DNA from: Candidatus Foliamicus sp.
GTDB lineage: Bacteria > Pseudomonadota > Gammaproteobacteria > Steroidobacterales > Foliamicaceae
NCBI GenBank assembly: GCA_965238055.1
Contig: OZ250178.1
Coordinates: 3,209,394-3,273,393, forward strand
DNA length: 64,000 bases
Direction: 5' to 3'
Below the pieces are notes generated by a model that made no database searches, was not told the DNA's origin, and worked only from the letters and a program-made list of their open reading frames with translations. Positions within the stretch are counted from its first letter, which is position 1; each line of letters opens with the position of its first letter. Below, one piece after another: positions 47,098 through 55,490 of the stretch. The translations under genes were made by a program, and so were the position numbers.

Positions 47098-47196
47098 CAG
47101 AAATCCTCCTTTCCCTCGTCGCGGATCAAAATGAAAGGTCTTGCCGACTCTCCTGGCGTGCCTCCTGGCCCGTCTGACGAATTCCCTTCCGTCCAT
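47098..47196 (-). pseudogene. hicA: HicA-like toxin N-terminal remnant fused in frame to hicB
   Basis: MDGREFVRRARRHARRVGKTFHFDPRRGKG resembles the first ~30 aa of HicA toxins up to the KG of the KGSH motif. It then reads GFL and runs straight into the hicB Met. The catalytic His region and the C-terminal half are absent. Confidence 0.55.
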
Positions 47197-47240
47197 GTGG
47201 CCATTTTCGCACCTTTAGGTACGACCAGGCAAGGCGATTG

Positions 47241-47753
47241 TCAACGTGGTGCGCGAGGGGTAAGAACTCGGCGAAGGTAAGCGCTGCCTGCCGCCCAGTC
47301 CGTAGTTCTCGGAGACTTGGAGAACTCGAGTTCCGCTACCGCGCAGGTAGGAAACTTGCCGTGCAAGATCGCGAAAGCATCTTCTTCACCATCGCCGGCA
47401 AGGTAGAGGGCCAGCTCCTGCAATGCCGGGTTGTGCCCCACGACCATGATGTCACCCGGATCTTCACGCAGTTCGCGCAGGCACTGCAGGACGGCGCCAG
47501 GGCTGAAGGTATACAGACGGTGCAACACGTGCACGCTGAGGTCCGCGGGGAGCCAGGGCAAGACCCCGCACATCGTTTCCACGGCTCGCCGGCCTGCAGA
47601 GCACAGCACCCTTGTCGGCTCGCAGCCGATGGACGCGAGTTTCTCGCCCATGGCCGGCGCGTTTCGCCGGCCGCGTGGAGCGAGCTCCCGGCCGAAGTCG
47701 TCCGAGGAATAGGGTCCGGCCTTGGCGTGACGAAGCAACCACAGTCGCGTCAT
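47241..47753 (-). CDS. sixA: Phosphohistidine phosphatase SixA (histidine phosphatase superfamily)
   Basis: MTRLWLLRHAKAG (RHA motif), RRAVET and MVVGHNPALQEL. 170 aa. Confidence 0.85.
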   Translation of the reverse strand: MTRLWLLRHAKAGPYSSDDFGRELAPRGRRNAPAMGEKLASIGCEPTRVLCSAGRRAVETMCGVLPWLPADLSVHVLHRLYTFSPGAVLQCLRELREDPGDIMVVGHNPALQELALYLAGDGEEDAFAILHGKFPTCAVAELEFSKSPRTTDWAAGSAYLRRVLTPRAPR

Positions 47754-47760
47754 GACTATG

Positions 47761-47955
47761 GGTGGGAGGGCGTCACGCCTTCCACAAGAAAAATTCTTGC
47801 TGCATTTCGAGGGCGGGGACGCCCTCGTTCCCAGGCGTTTCGAGGGCGGGGACGCCCTCGTTCCCAGGCGTTTCGAGGGCGGGGACGCCCTCGTTCCCAG
47901 GCGTTTCGAGGACGGGGACGCCCTCGTTCCCAGCGGGGGACGCCCACGTTCGCAG
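47761..47955. repeat. Tandem array of REP-like units (4 x 33 bp plus degenerate flanking units) in the sixA/ppk divergent intergenic region
   Basis: TTTCGAGGGCGGGGACGCCCTCGTTCCCAGGCG repeats head-to-tail starting at 47805, 47838, 47871 and 47904 (the fourth is slightly diverged). Degenerate units lie at 47761-47785 and 47937-47955. Confidence 0.9.
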
Positions 47956-48034
47956 CTTTCGTTGACTACTCATGGGTCCTGTATGCTACTCCGATCATGG
48001 AGCACATTCCACGCTGCCTGGGAGCCCTCGTCTG

Positions 48035-50239
48035 ATGCCGCCGCAAAGTCAACCGCGAGCGCTCAGCGAGGCGGAACGCGCCGGGGGCCGGCTGATCAAC
48101 CGGGAGTTGTCCTGGCTGGAATTCAACACCCGGGTGCTGGAGGAAGCCGGCAACGAGAACCATCCGCCCCTGGAACGGGTGCGGTTTCTGTCCATATCGG
48201 CCAGCAACCTGGACGAGTTCTACATGGTGCGTGCCGCAGGCCTCATGGCCCAGGTGGCTGCTGGCGTCACCAAAACCAGCGACGACGGACTGACGCCCGG
48301 CGAACAGCTTCAAGCAATACGCGAACAGGTCAAGAAGCTCCTCAATGCCCAATCGAAGCGCAGCGTGCAGTTGCTGGCGGACTGCCGGGAAGCCGGCGTT
48401 TCGGTGGTAACGCCCGAGGAATTAGGCAACCGGGCTCGAGAGTGGCTGTCCGGATGGTTCGAGAAGCAGTTGTTCCCGATCCTTACCCCGCAAGCGGTCG
48501 ATCCAGCGCACCCCTTTCCGTTCATTCAGACCGGCTGTCTCGTGCACGTGCTACGGCTCATGCGGCCATCGGGCAAGAATGAGATCAATGGCCTGGTTCT
48601 GGTTCCACCGCAGATTGAGCGTTTCGTGCGGATACCCGGCAAGGCTCTGCGTTTCGTGGCCGTCGAGGAAATTATCGCGCGCAACTTCAGGCACCTGTTC
48701 CCGGGCATGGAAATCCTGGGCCACGGAATATTCCGCATCAGCCGTGACAGTGACCTGGAGATCGACGAGGAAGCCGAAGACCTGGTGCGAACGTTTGAAA
48801 CCGCCCTGCTGCGCAGGCGCAGAGGTAACGTCATCCGAGTGGAAGTGGCGGCAGGTATGCCGAAGAACTTCCGCAGATTCGTACTCAAGGCCTTCAACGC
48901 CTCACATGCGCATGTCTTCAACATTGACGGCTTGCTGGGCCTGGCCGACATCAAGCAGATCATCACCGATCAGCGCCGCGACCTGCAGCACGAGCCGCTG
49001 AACGCGCGCTACCCGGAGCGGGTGCGCGAATATGGCGGCGACATCCTGGCGGCCATCCGCGCCAAGGACTTCGTGGTGCAGCATCCATACGAGAGTTTCG
49101 ACGTGGTGGTGCAATTCCTGCGCCGCGCCACCGACGATCCGGCAGTCGTCGCAATCAAGCAGACCTTTTACCGCACCTCGGAGGACTCACCGATCGTAGA
49201 GGCGCTGATCGCAGCCGCCGAATCCGGAAAGCTGGTCACCGCCATGGTTGAACTCCGGGCGCGTTTCGATGAAGCGGCAAACATCCGCTGGGCCCGCGAG
49301 ATGGAGCGGGCGGGCGTCCAGGTGGTGTACGGCTTTGTGGAAATCAAGACCCATGCCAAAGTTTCGCTGGTGGTTCGGCGCGAGGCCGGAGAGTTACGCA
49401 CCTATACCCACTTCGGCACCGGTAACTACCATCCCGTCAACGCACGCGTTTATTCCGACTTGAGTTTCTTCACCTGTGATGCGGCCCTCGGACGGGACAC
49501 CGCGCGCCTTTTCAATTACATGACCGGCTACGCAACGCCCGAGGTCATGGAAAAGCTGGTTTACGCACCCGCTCAACTGAAAAACACCCTGGTAGAACTG
49601 ATCGAGGACGAAATCGCCCATGCGCGGTCCGGCCGTCCTGCGGAGATCTGGGCCAAGCTGAATTCGCTTGTCGATCCCGAGATCATCGACGGTCTCTATC
49701 TGGCAAGCCAGGCCGGCGTGCGAATCGAACTTTACGTGCGCGGTATCTGCTGCCTGCGTCCCGGCGTGCCCGGCATGTCAGAGAATATCCAGGTGCGCAG
49801 CATGATCGGGAGGTTTTTGGAGCACTCGCGCATCATGTGTTTCGGCGCCGGCCACAAGTTGCCGTCTACCCAGAGCAAGGTTTTTATCTCTTCCGCGGAC
49901 TGGATGCCCCGCAACCTGCACCATCGCGTCGAGACGCTGGTGCCGGTCGAAAACGAAACGGTCAAGCGGCAGCTTGTCGAACAGGTCATGATGGCCAATC
50001 GCTTCGATGTCATGCAAAGCTGGCAGCTGGGTCCGGATGGCGCCTATCAACGCCTTCCCCATGAGCCCGGCGATTTCAGCGCCCATACCTGGTTCATGAC
50101 CAACCCAAGCCTTTCCGGCCGTGGCAGCGCCCTGAGCGAATCGCGCCCCGCCATGCCGGGCGAGTTGTTTTCCGGAGCAGGAGAAACCACCGCCACGGAA
50201 GGCAAACCCCGACCCACCCTGGTCAAAACCGCCGTCTAA
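48035..50239 (+). CDS. ppk: Polyphosphate kinase 1
   Basis: From MPPQSQPRALSEAERAGGRLINRELSWLEFNTRVLEEA... Full-length PPK1 with both PLD-like HKD-type regions (HAKVSLVVRRE, FLEHSRIMCF). The ATG at 48035 is preferred because the track start at 47972 abuts the REP array. Confidence 0.93.
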   Translation: MPPQSQPRALSEAERAGGRLINRELSWLEFNTRVLEEAGNENHPPLERVRFLSISASNLDEFYMVRAAGLMAQVAAGVTKTSDDGLTPGEQLQAIREQVKKLLNAQSKRSVQLLADCREAGVSVVTPEELGNRAREWLSGWFEKQLFPILTPQAVDPAHPFPFIQTGCLVHVLRLMRPSGKNEINGLVLVPPQIERFVRIPGKALRFVAVEEIIARNFRHLFPGMEILGHGIFRISRDSDLEIDEEAEDLVRTFETALLRRRRGNVIRVEVAAGMPKNFRRFVLKAFNASHAHVFNIDGLLGLADIKQIITDQRRDLQHEPLNARYPERVREYGGDILAAIRAKDFVVQHPYESFDVVVQFLRRATDDPAVVAIKQTFYRTSEDSPIVEALIAAAESGKLVTAMVELRARFDEAANIRWAREMERAGVQVVYGFVEIKTHAKVSLVVRREAGELRTYTHFGTGNYHPVNARVYSDLSFFTCDAALGRDTARLFNYMTGYATPEVMEKLVYAPAQLKNTLVELIEDEIAHARSGRPAEIWAKLNSLVDPEIIDGLYLASQAGVRIELYVRGICCLRPGVPGMSENIQVRSMIGRFLEHSRIMCFGAGHKLPSTQSKVFISSADWMPRNLHHRVETLVPVENETVKRQLVEQVMMANRFDVMQSWQLGPDGAYQRLPHEPGDFSAHTWFMTNPSLSGRGSALSESRPAMPGELFSGAGETTATEGKPRPTLVKTAV

Positions 50240-50265
50240 CTGATTATTTTCAGGACACGACACTA

Positions 50266-51759
50266 GTGCCGGGCGTACTGCGAACCAGCCCCGCCACCCC
50301 AAGCGAGGCGCCGGTAGCTGTGATCGACGTGGGCTCGAACTCGGTTCGGCTTGTTGTGTACGAGAATGGCGGGCGGGCGCCGCTGCCGATCTTCAACGAG
50401 AAGGTCTTGTGTGGATTGGGCCGTGGGCTCGACCGCACTGGCAGGCTGCCCGAACGGGGCATTCGCAAGGCCCTCGAAAGTCTGCATCGTTTTGCGCTGC
50501 TATGCCCGCGAATGGGCGTTCGTGAAGTGCAGGCAGTAGCCACCGCTGCGGTTCGCGAAGCGAGTAACGGCCCGGAATTCCTGAAGATGATTCACAAGGA
50601 ATGCGGCCTCGACGTGCGCTTGCTTACAGGCGATCAGGAAGCGCAACTGTCCGCCGGCGGCGTGTCAAGCGCTATTCCGCTGGCAAGCGGCCTGGCCGCC
50701 GACCTTGGCGGCGCCAGCCTGGAATTGACGCGGTTAAACGCGGGGCAATTGACGGAACGCCAGTCCCTGCCGCTTGGAACAGTTCGCAGGAACGGAGACC
50801 AATCGCTTGCGGAAAGCAGGCAGACCGTCAAGGATCGACTCCGCAAGATGAACTGGCTGCAACAGGCGCGCGGGCAGTCACTCTATCTGATCGGCGGTTC
50901 CTGGCGGGCGCTGGCGCGCATTCACATGGACGAGACTGACTACCCGCTGCATGTCATACACCACTACGCGCTGGACTCGCGAAGCGCCTCTGAATTCTGC
51001 GCAAGACTAGCCGGCTGGTCGCATGAACAACTGAAGTCCGCAGAGGGCTTGCGTGCCGACCGGCTCGAAACGCTGCCGTACGCGGCTATCGTTCTGGACT
51101 GTCTCCTGGAGATGTCCGGAGCCGGCGAGGTGGTGTTTTCCGCGAATGGCTTGCGCGAGGGGTGCTTGTTTGAAGCTCTGACACCACTCGAGCGCGGAAT
51201 TGACCCGCTCCTTGCTCTTTGTGGGAATGCTGCCCGGCGCATGGGCCGGGGCGTCTCCGATGGTGAATTCCTGTCCGACTGGATCGTACCGGCAGTAGAC
51301 GGAGTTGTACCGGGAAAGCTGCTACTGGCCGCCTGCCACCTGTCGGACATCGGCTGGTCCGAGCACCCGGATTACCGCGCCGAGCAGGTCTTCCTGCGCA
51401 TATTGCGGATGCCGTTGACCGGCGCCGATCATCGTGAGCGGATCATGCTGAGCCTGGCCGTCGCTTCCCGCCACTCCGCGATGCAACCAACGCTCAAGCG
51501 TCTCCGCCTTGACAAACTGCTGAGCAAGGAACAAAAGCGGCAGGCTGCCAGCGTCGGCCTGGCGATGCGTCTCGCCTACACAATCTCAGGCGGCGCCGTA
51601 AGCATTCTTAAGCAATTCCACCTCAAGCGAGAACGTGAGAGACTGCTATTGGTGGGGCCGGAGGGCGCGCACATCCTGGTCGGCAATACGGTCCAGCGCC
51701 GCCTGCGCGTCCTGGCCGAAAATCTGGACCTGGATCACGAAATACTGCTTCGCGCGTAA
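50266..51759 (+). CDS. ppx: Exopolyphosphatase (Ppx/GppA family)
   Basis: AVIDVGSNSVRLVVYE, AVATAAVREASNG and DLGGASLEL motifs. GTG start 27 nt after ppk. Confidence 0.9.
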   Translation: MPGVLRTSPATPSEAPVAVIDVGSNSVRLVVYENGGRAPLPIFNEKVLCGLGRGLDRTGRLPERGIRKALESLHRFALLCPRMGVREVQAVATAAVREASNGPEFLKMIHKECGLDVRLLTGDQEAQLSAGGVSSAIPLASGLAADLGGASLELTRLNAGQLTERQSLPLGTVRRNGDQSLAESRQTVKDRLRKMNWLQQARGQSLYLIGGSWRALARIHMDETDYPLHVIHHYALDSRSASEFCARLAGWSHEQLKSAEGLRADRLETLPYAAIVLDCLLEMSGAGEVVFSANGLREGCLFEALTPLERGIDPLLALCGNAARRMGRGVSDGEFLSDWIVPAVDGVVPGKLLLAACHLSDIGWSEHPDYRAEQVFLRILRMPLTGADHRERIMLSLAVASRHSAMQPTLKRLRLDKLLSKEQKRQAASVGLAMRLAYTISGGAVSILKQFHLKRERERLLLVGPEGAHILVGNTVQRRLRVLAENLDLDHEILLRA

Positions 51760-51882
51760 CCGTTTCCGTAAGGTTCCCTCAAGCCAAAGCTGATAGATTC
51801 GGCCCATAAGAGCGGATGGGGATTGTTGCTGCAAAGTTGGCAACCCTTGAATCCATCAATCTATCAAGTACTTGGGAGACTC

Positions 51883-54837
51883 ATGATTATGCGAAAAAGA
51901 TTTCAGAATCGCTGGATAGCAATCTTACTGCTGGCGCTCGCAGCTCCGGCATTGGTCCTTGCACAAGACATAGACGAAGAGGCCGAGGAGGAAGATCAAG
52001 CGGCGACCGCGGTGGAAGACGAAGCGCTGGAACTGCGCGGCCAAACGGTCACCGGCTCGCGGCTGGTCGGGGGCGATCCGTCCGCGCGGGTATATAGCCT
52101 TTCGGCGGAGGACATCGCCACGCGTGGCGTATCAAATCTGGAGGAATTGTTTCGCACCCTGCCTTGGGCATATTCTTCCCTGACCTCACAGACGAACGGC
52201 TCCTTCACCTTCGCCGCTGCAGACACCGACGTAAGCCTGGGCGCCTTGGGATTGGGCACTTCCACGGTCAATCTGCGCGCTTTGGGGTCCGCCAACACGC
52301 TTGTGCTGCTGAACGGCCGGCGAATTGCAGGGGCGGCCGGACGCGAGGACGACTTTGCCAATCTCCTGAACATTCCCCTATCCGCAATCGAACGGGTCGA
52401 TATTCAGCTTGACGGCGCGTCGGCAGTCTACGGCGCCGACGCCATCGGCGGCGTTGTGAACTTCATCACGAAGAAGGACTATAGGGGATTTGCCGCCACC
52501 CTTCGCCAGGAATTAAGCGCGACGGACGCAGATCGCAGAAATATCAGTTTGCTGGGTGGATATGCCTGGCTCAGCGGGAACATAACCGCAACTGCATCGC
52601 AAGACCGATCAGAGCCAATCAATAATCGCAAAATTTGGACGAGCAGCGACTTCCGTGATCTATATGGTCCGGAATTCGACAACCGATCGACCTCCATCAC
52701 TCAACCCGGCACCGTATGTGACTGGAACTACGGGAGCACCCAATACGGAGCCAACTGCGCTTTCCGTGCTCCCAAACTGCAGTTGCCCACCACGCACAAC
52801 GGGGTAGGCGCAACTGAGGCGGATTTCACCACTGATATTACCCCCGCGGACTATGTAGCGCCGCAAAACGGAGAGGACTCCACGGTCACCTCGTTCTCCG
52901 TGCGGATTGAACAGTATCTTACGGACTCACTGAGGGTTTACGCGGACGTGCTGATTTCCGATGCGGAGTCGTATCAGGAATTCCCTACTCGACTCATTAA
53001 CTACCTGATTCCCGCCAGCAACGCCTACAACCCCTTTGGGCGTCATGTCGTGGTCAATTATTACCCGATTCATGAGATCGAGAACGGCATCATTCCTTCA
53101 AGCTACACGGATAGCGAGAACAAGCAGCGAAATTACAATGCCGGGATTTTGTGGGAATTCGGAGACGGCCACCAGTTTCAGTTCAACCTGACCCGGTCCG
53201 AGTCCGAACGCGCCGCCAAGCAGGTTCGCACGGATTGGCGCCGTAGCCGATTCGATCCAGGCCAGGAGGCCTTCTACGCAGCTCTGGCAAGTTCTGATCC
53301 GAATGTTGCGCTGAATCTGTTTGGCGACGGAACAGTCCAAGGGTCGGCATTTGCGGAACTCTTTACGAATGCAGTAGGTCCAAGCCTTGGTTTTACGGAG
53401 GTCACATCCTACGATGCCCTGGTGCGCGGCGAAGTGTTTGAGATTTGGGGCGGACGCGTCAGCTACGCGCTCGGCGCCGAATACCGCGAAACGGCGATAT
53501 GGAGTCACTCATTGGGGTATGGGGAAGGCGGAACCCAGGAAGCAAGGCTCGGACGGGAGGATTTTATCGGCGTCAACAAACCTACGCGGGACTCAAACGC
53601 CTATTTCGCTGAGTTCGCACTTCCGCTGGTTGGCGATAGGAACGCAAGGCCTGGACTGCAATCCCTGGTGTTGAGTTTGCAAGCGCGGCGCGACACACAC
53701 AAAGCTATAGGCGCTCTGGGCGGGGAAAGCCGGGAATTTCGGTTCGATCTTACATCCACATATTGGGACTACCGGCCTGATGAAGGATGGGTTGAGCGCA
53801 CAAGATCCGGTCAGAATGTCTATTCAGGCGACCCGGAACTGGGCGAAATTACAAGAAGCGCCACAAGCCCGCGCGTTGGCCTGCAATACAAGCCGGTTGA
53901 GAGCTTTACCGTTCGGTCCGCGTGGTCGCGCTCTTTTACACCGCCTGTTTTTAGCGATTTGTTCGATGTAGGCGATCCGAGTTCTCGCACTCAAATGTAC
54001 GTTGATCCCTACCACCCGGAAGGTGTTACGGATCAAATTCCGATTCCGTATTTCTTCGGCGGGCCCAGCCCGGAAATCAAGAACGAGTATTCCGACAATT
54101 TTTCGCTGGGCTTTGACTGGAATTCCGAATCCATCCCGGGCTTGGCCTGGACGGTTGATTGGGTGCGCGTTGACTTCACCAACAAGATCGACTCTGCATT
54201 CGCACTTCTAACCAACTATCCTGAGATAGCCTTCAATCTGCCTGGCATAGTCAAGCGGGACGAGAACGGGTACGCCGCTCAGATCATAGCAAACCAGGTC
54301 AATGTAGCGGAGAAAATCAATGAAACGCTGGACACCTCTATCCAGTACACCTTTAACACGTCACTGGGGGTGTTCACCCCGCGACTCAGCTACCATCGAG
54401 TTCTCAATGAGTTTTATCGCATCAGCCCCGAGACTGAACCTCAAGCGCGTGTTGGAACCGCCTTGGGAAGCGACAGATACAAGCTGACGGGCTACCTCAG
54501 CTGGACTTTCGGGCGCATCGCCGCGGATCTATTCGTGCGCTATACGCCGAGTTACACGAATGACCGTACGGGTATGTGTCCATACGGACGGGTAGTAGGA
54601 CGCTGTGACGATCCTTTTGATTTTCGTGCGACAAAGCCATCCATTGAAATGGATCCCATGACTACGGTAGACCTGACAGTGACCTACAGCATGGACAACG
54701 GCCTGCGAATCCGAGCGGGTGGGCGGAACATCTTCGACGCGGACAATCCTACCGTCTGGGAAAGGCTTCCCTACGATCCGACCCGTTGGGATGCGCGTGG
54801 GCGGGTGCTGTATCTGGAATTGAAGTACGAGAGGTAA
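51883..54837 (+). CDS. TonB-dependent receptor
   Basis: MIMRKRFQNRWIAILLLALAAPALVLAQD signal, plug (LELRGQTVTGSRL...VNLRALGSANTLVLLNGRR...GASAVYGADAIGGVVNFITKK), and a barrel ending GRVLYLELKYER. GGAG lies 4 nt upstream of the ATG at 51883. Confidence 0.9.
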   Translation: MIMRKRFQNRWIAILLLALAAPALVLAQDIDEEAEEEDQAATAVEDEALELRGQTVTGSRLVGGDPSARVYSLSAEDIATRGVSNLEELFRTLPWAYSSLTSQTNGSFTFAAADTDVSLGALGLGTSTVNLRALGSANTLVLLNGRRIAGAAGREDDFANLLNIPLSAIERVDIQLDGASAVYGADAIGGVVNFITKKDYRGFAATLRQELSATDADRRNISLLGGYAWLSGNITATASQDRSEPINNRKIWTSSDFRDLYGPEFDNRSTSITQPGTVCDWNYGSTQYGANCAFRAPKLQLPTTHNGVGATEADFTTDITPADYVAPQNGEDSTVTSFSVRIEQYLTDSLRVYADVLISDAESYQEFPTRLINYLIPASNAYNPFGRHVVVNYYPIHEIENGIIPSSYTDSENKQRNYNAGILWEFGDGHQFQFNLTRSESERAAKQVRTDWRRSRFDPGQEAFYAALASSDPNVALNLFGDGTVQGSAFAELFTNAVGPSLGFTEVTSYDALVRGEVFEIWGGRVSYALGAEYRETAIWSHSLGYGEGGTQEARLGREDFIGVNKPTRDSNAYFAEFALPLVGDRNARPGLQSLVLSLQARRDTHKAIGALGGESREFRFDLTSTYWDYRPDEGWVERTRSGQNVYSGDPELGEITRSATSPRVGLQYKPVESFTVRSAWSRSFTPPVFSDLFDVGDPSSRTQMYVDPYHPEGVTDQIPIPYFFGGPSPEIKNEYSDNFSLGFDWNSESIPGLAWTVDWVRVDFTNKIDSAFALLTNYPEIAFNLPGIVKRDENGYAAQIIANQVNVAEKINETLDTSIQYTFNTSLGVFTPRLSYHRVLNEFYRISPETEPQARVGTALGSDRYKLTGYLSWTFGRIAADLFVRYTPSYTNDRTGMCPYGRVVGRCDDPFDFRATKPSIEMDPMTTVDLTVTYSMDNGLRIRAGGRNIFDADNPTVWERLPYDPTRWDARGRVLYLELKYER

Positions 54838-54893
54838 CACTCCCAAGCAGTTCTTGAGTCACCCTTGGAGCTAGCCAGTCATTGCACCAAATT

Positions 54894-54928
54894 GGGGGCG
54901 TCGCTCCATCGCGACGCCCCCTGATTTT
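54894..54928 (+). terminator. Rho-independent terminator after the TonB-dependent receptor gene
   Basis: GGGGGCGTCGC-TCCATC-GCGACGCCCCC followed by TGATTTT. Confidence 0.8.
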
Positions 54929-55103
54929 GTAGCAAGCGATGTCGATGCCGGCATCCGATGTGAATGAAGCTGCTTGTTCGCGACTCCTGGACGAACGGCA
55001 GCCCGGACGAGAAAAGGCGCTGACCGCAGCTCAAGTGCCGTTACGGGACGCTCTTGCTGCCACAGAGTAATTCCGGCTTACCTTATGCTGAGCCATGCAA
55101 GGC

Positions 55104-55490
55104 TCAGATGTCGGTGGGAAAGAGGATGGGGTTGTCTGCCGACAGGGGTTCCGAAGGGGTGAACTCTTCCAGGACTTCGTCGCTCTGAAGGGCTTCCTCG
55201 ATTCGGGCCAGGTCTTCTTCGATTGAGATGACTTCGGCGGAGAGTTCCGGCGGTGGGGGCGACTCGCCTTCGGTTTCTGGTTCCGTGTTCGAGGGCGAGA
55301 CGCCCTCGTTCCCAGGGGAGGTGGACTCATTCCCGGCCGAGGGCGAGACGCCCTCGTTCCCAGGGGATTGCTCTTCGGCACGTGCTGATTCTTGTTGCGA
55401 GAAGCCCAGCCAGCCGCCTAGCTGATCGGCAGCCCAGGTCAGGCCGACGGCCAGTCCGATTATGGCAATAACTCCGAATACCTTCTTCAT
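55104..55490 (-). CDS. Small acidic membrane-anchored or secreted protein whose coding frame contains REP units
   Basis: N-terminal MKKVFGVIAIIGLAVGLTWAA hydrophobic segment. The ATG overlaps the stop of the upstream gene (ATGA at 55487-55490). The middle part, SPGNEGVSPSAGNESTSPGNEGVSPS, is the translation of REP units. Confidence 0.5.
   Translation of the reverse strand: MKKVFGVIAIIGLAVGLTWAADQLGGWLGFSQQESARAEEQSPGNEGVSPSAGNESTSPGNEGVSPSNTEPETEGESPPPPELSAEVISIEEDLARIEEALQSDEVLEEFTPSEPLSADNPILFPTDI
55289..55366. repeat. Two REP-like units lying inside the 55104-55490 ORF
   Basis: TCGAGGGCGAGACGCCCTCGTTCCCAGGGG (55289-) and CGAGGGCGAGACGCCCTCGTTCCCAGGGG (55338-). Confidence 0.85.

Noticed and set aside
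47752-48582. ORFs crossing the REP tandem array (47752-48582 at 276 aa; 47756-47947; 47762-47965; 47773-47973). I also asked whether the 33-bp repeats form a CRISPR array.
   Set aside because: The peptides are just iterated translations of the REP unit (RGRPRSQAF, GNEGVPALETP). The repeats are contiguous with no spacers and belong to the dispersed REP family, so this is not a CRISPR array. The 276-aa ORF is out of frame with the clear ppk product.
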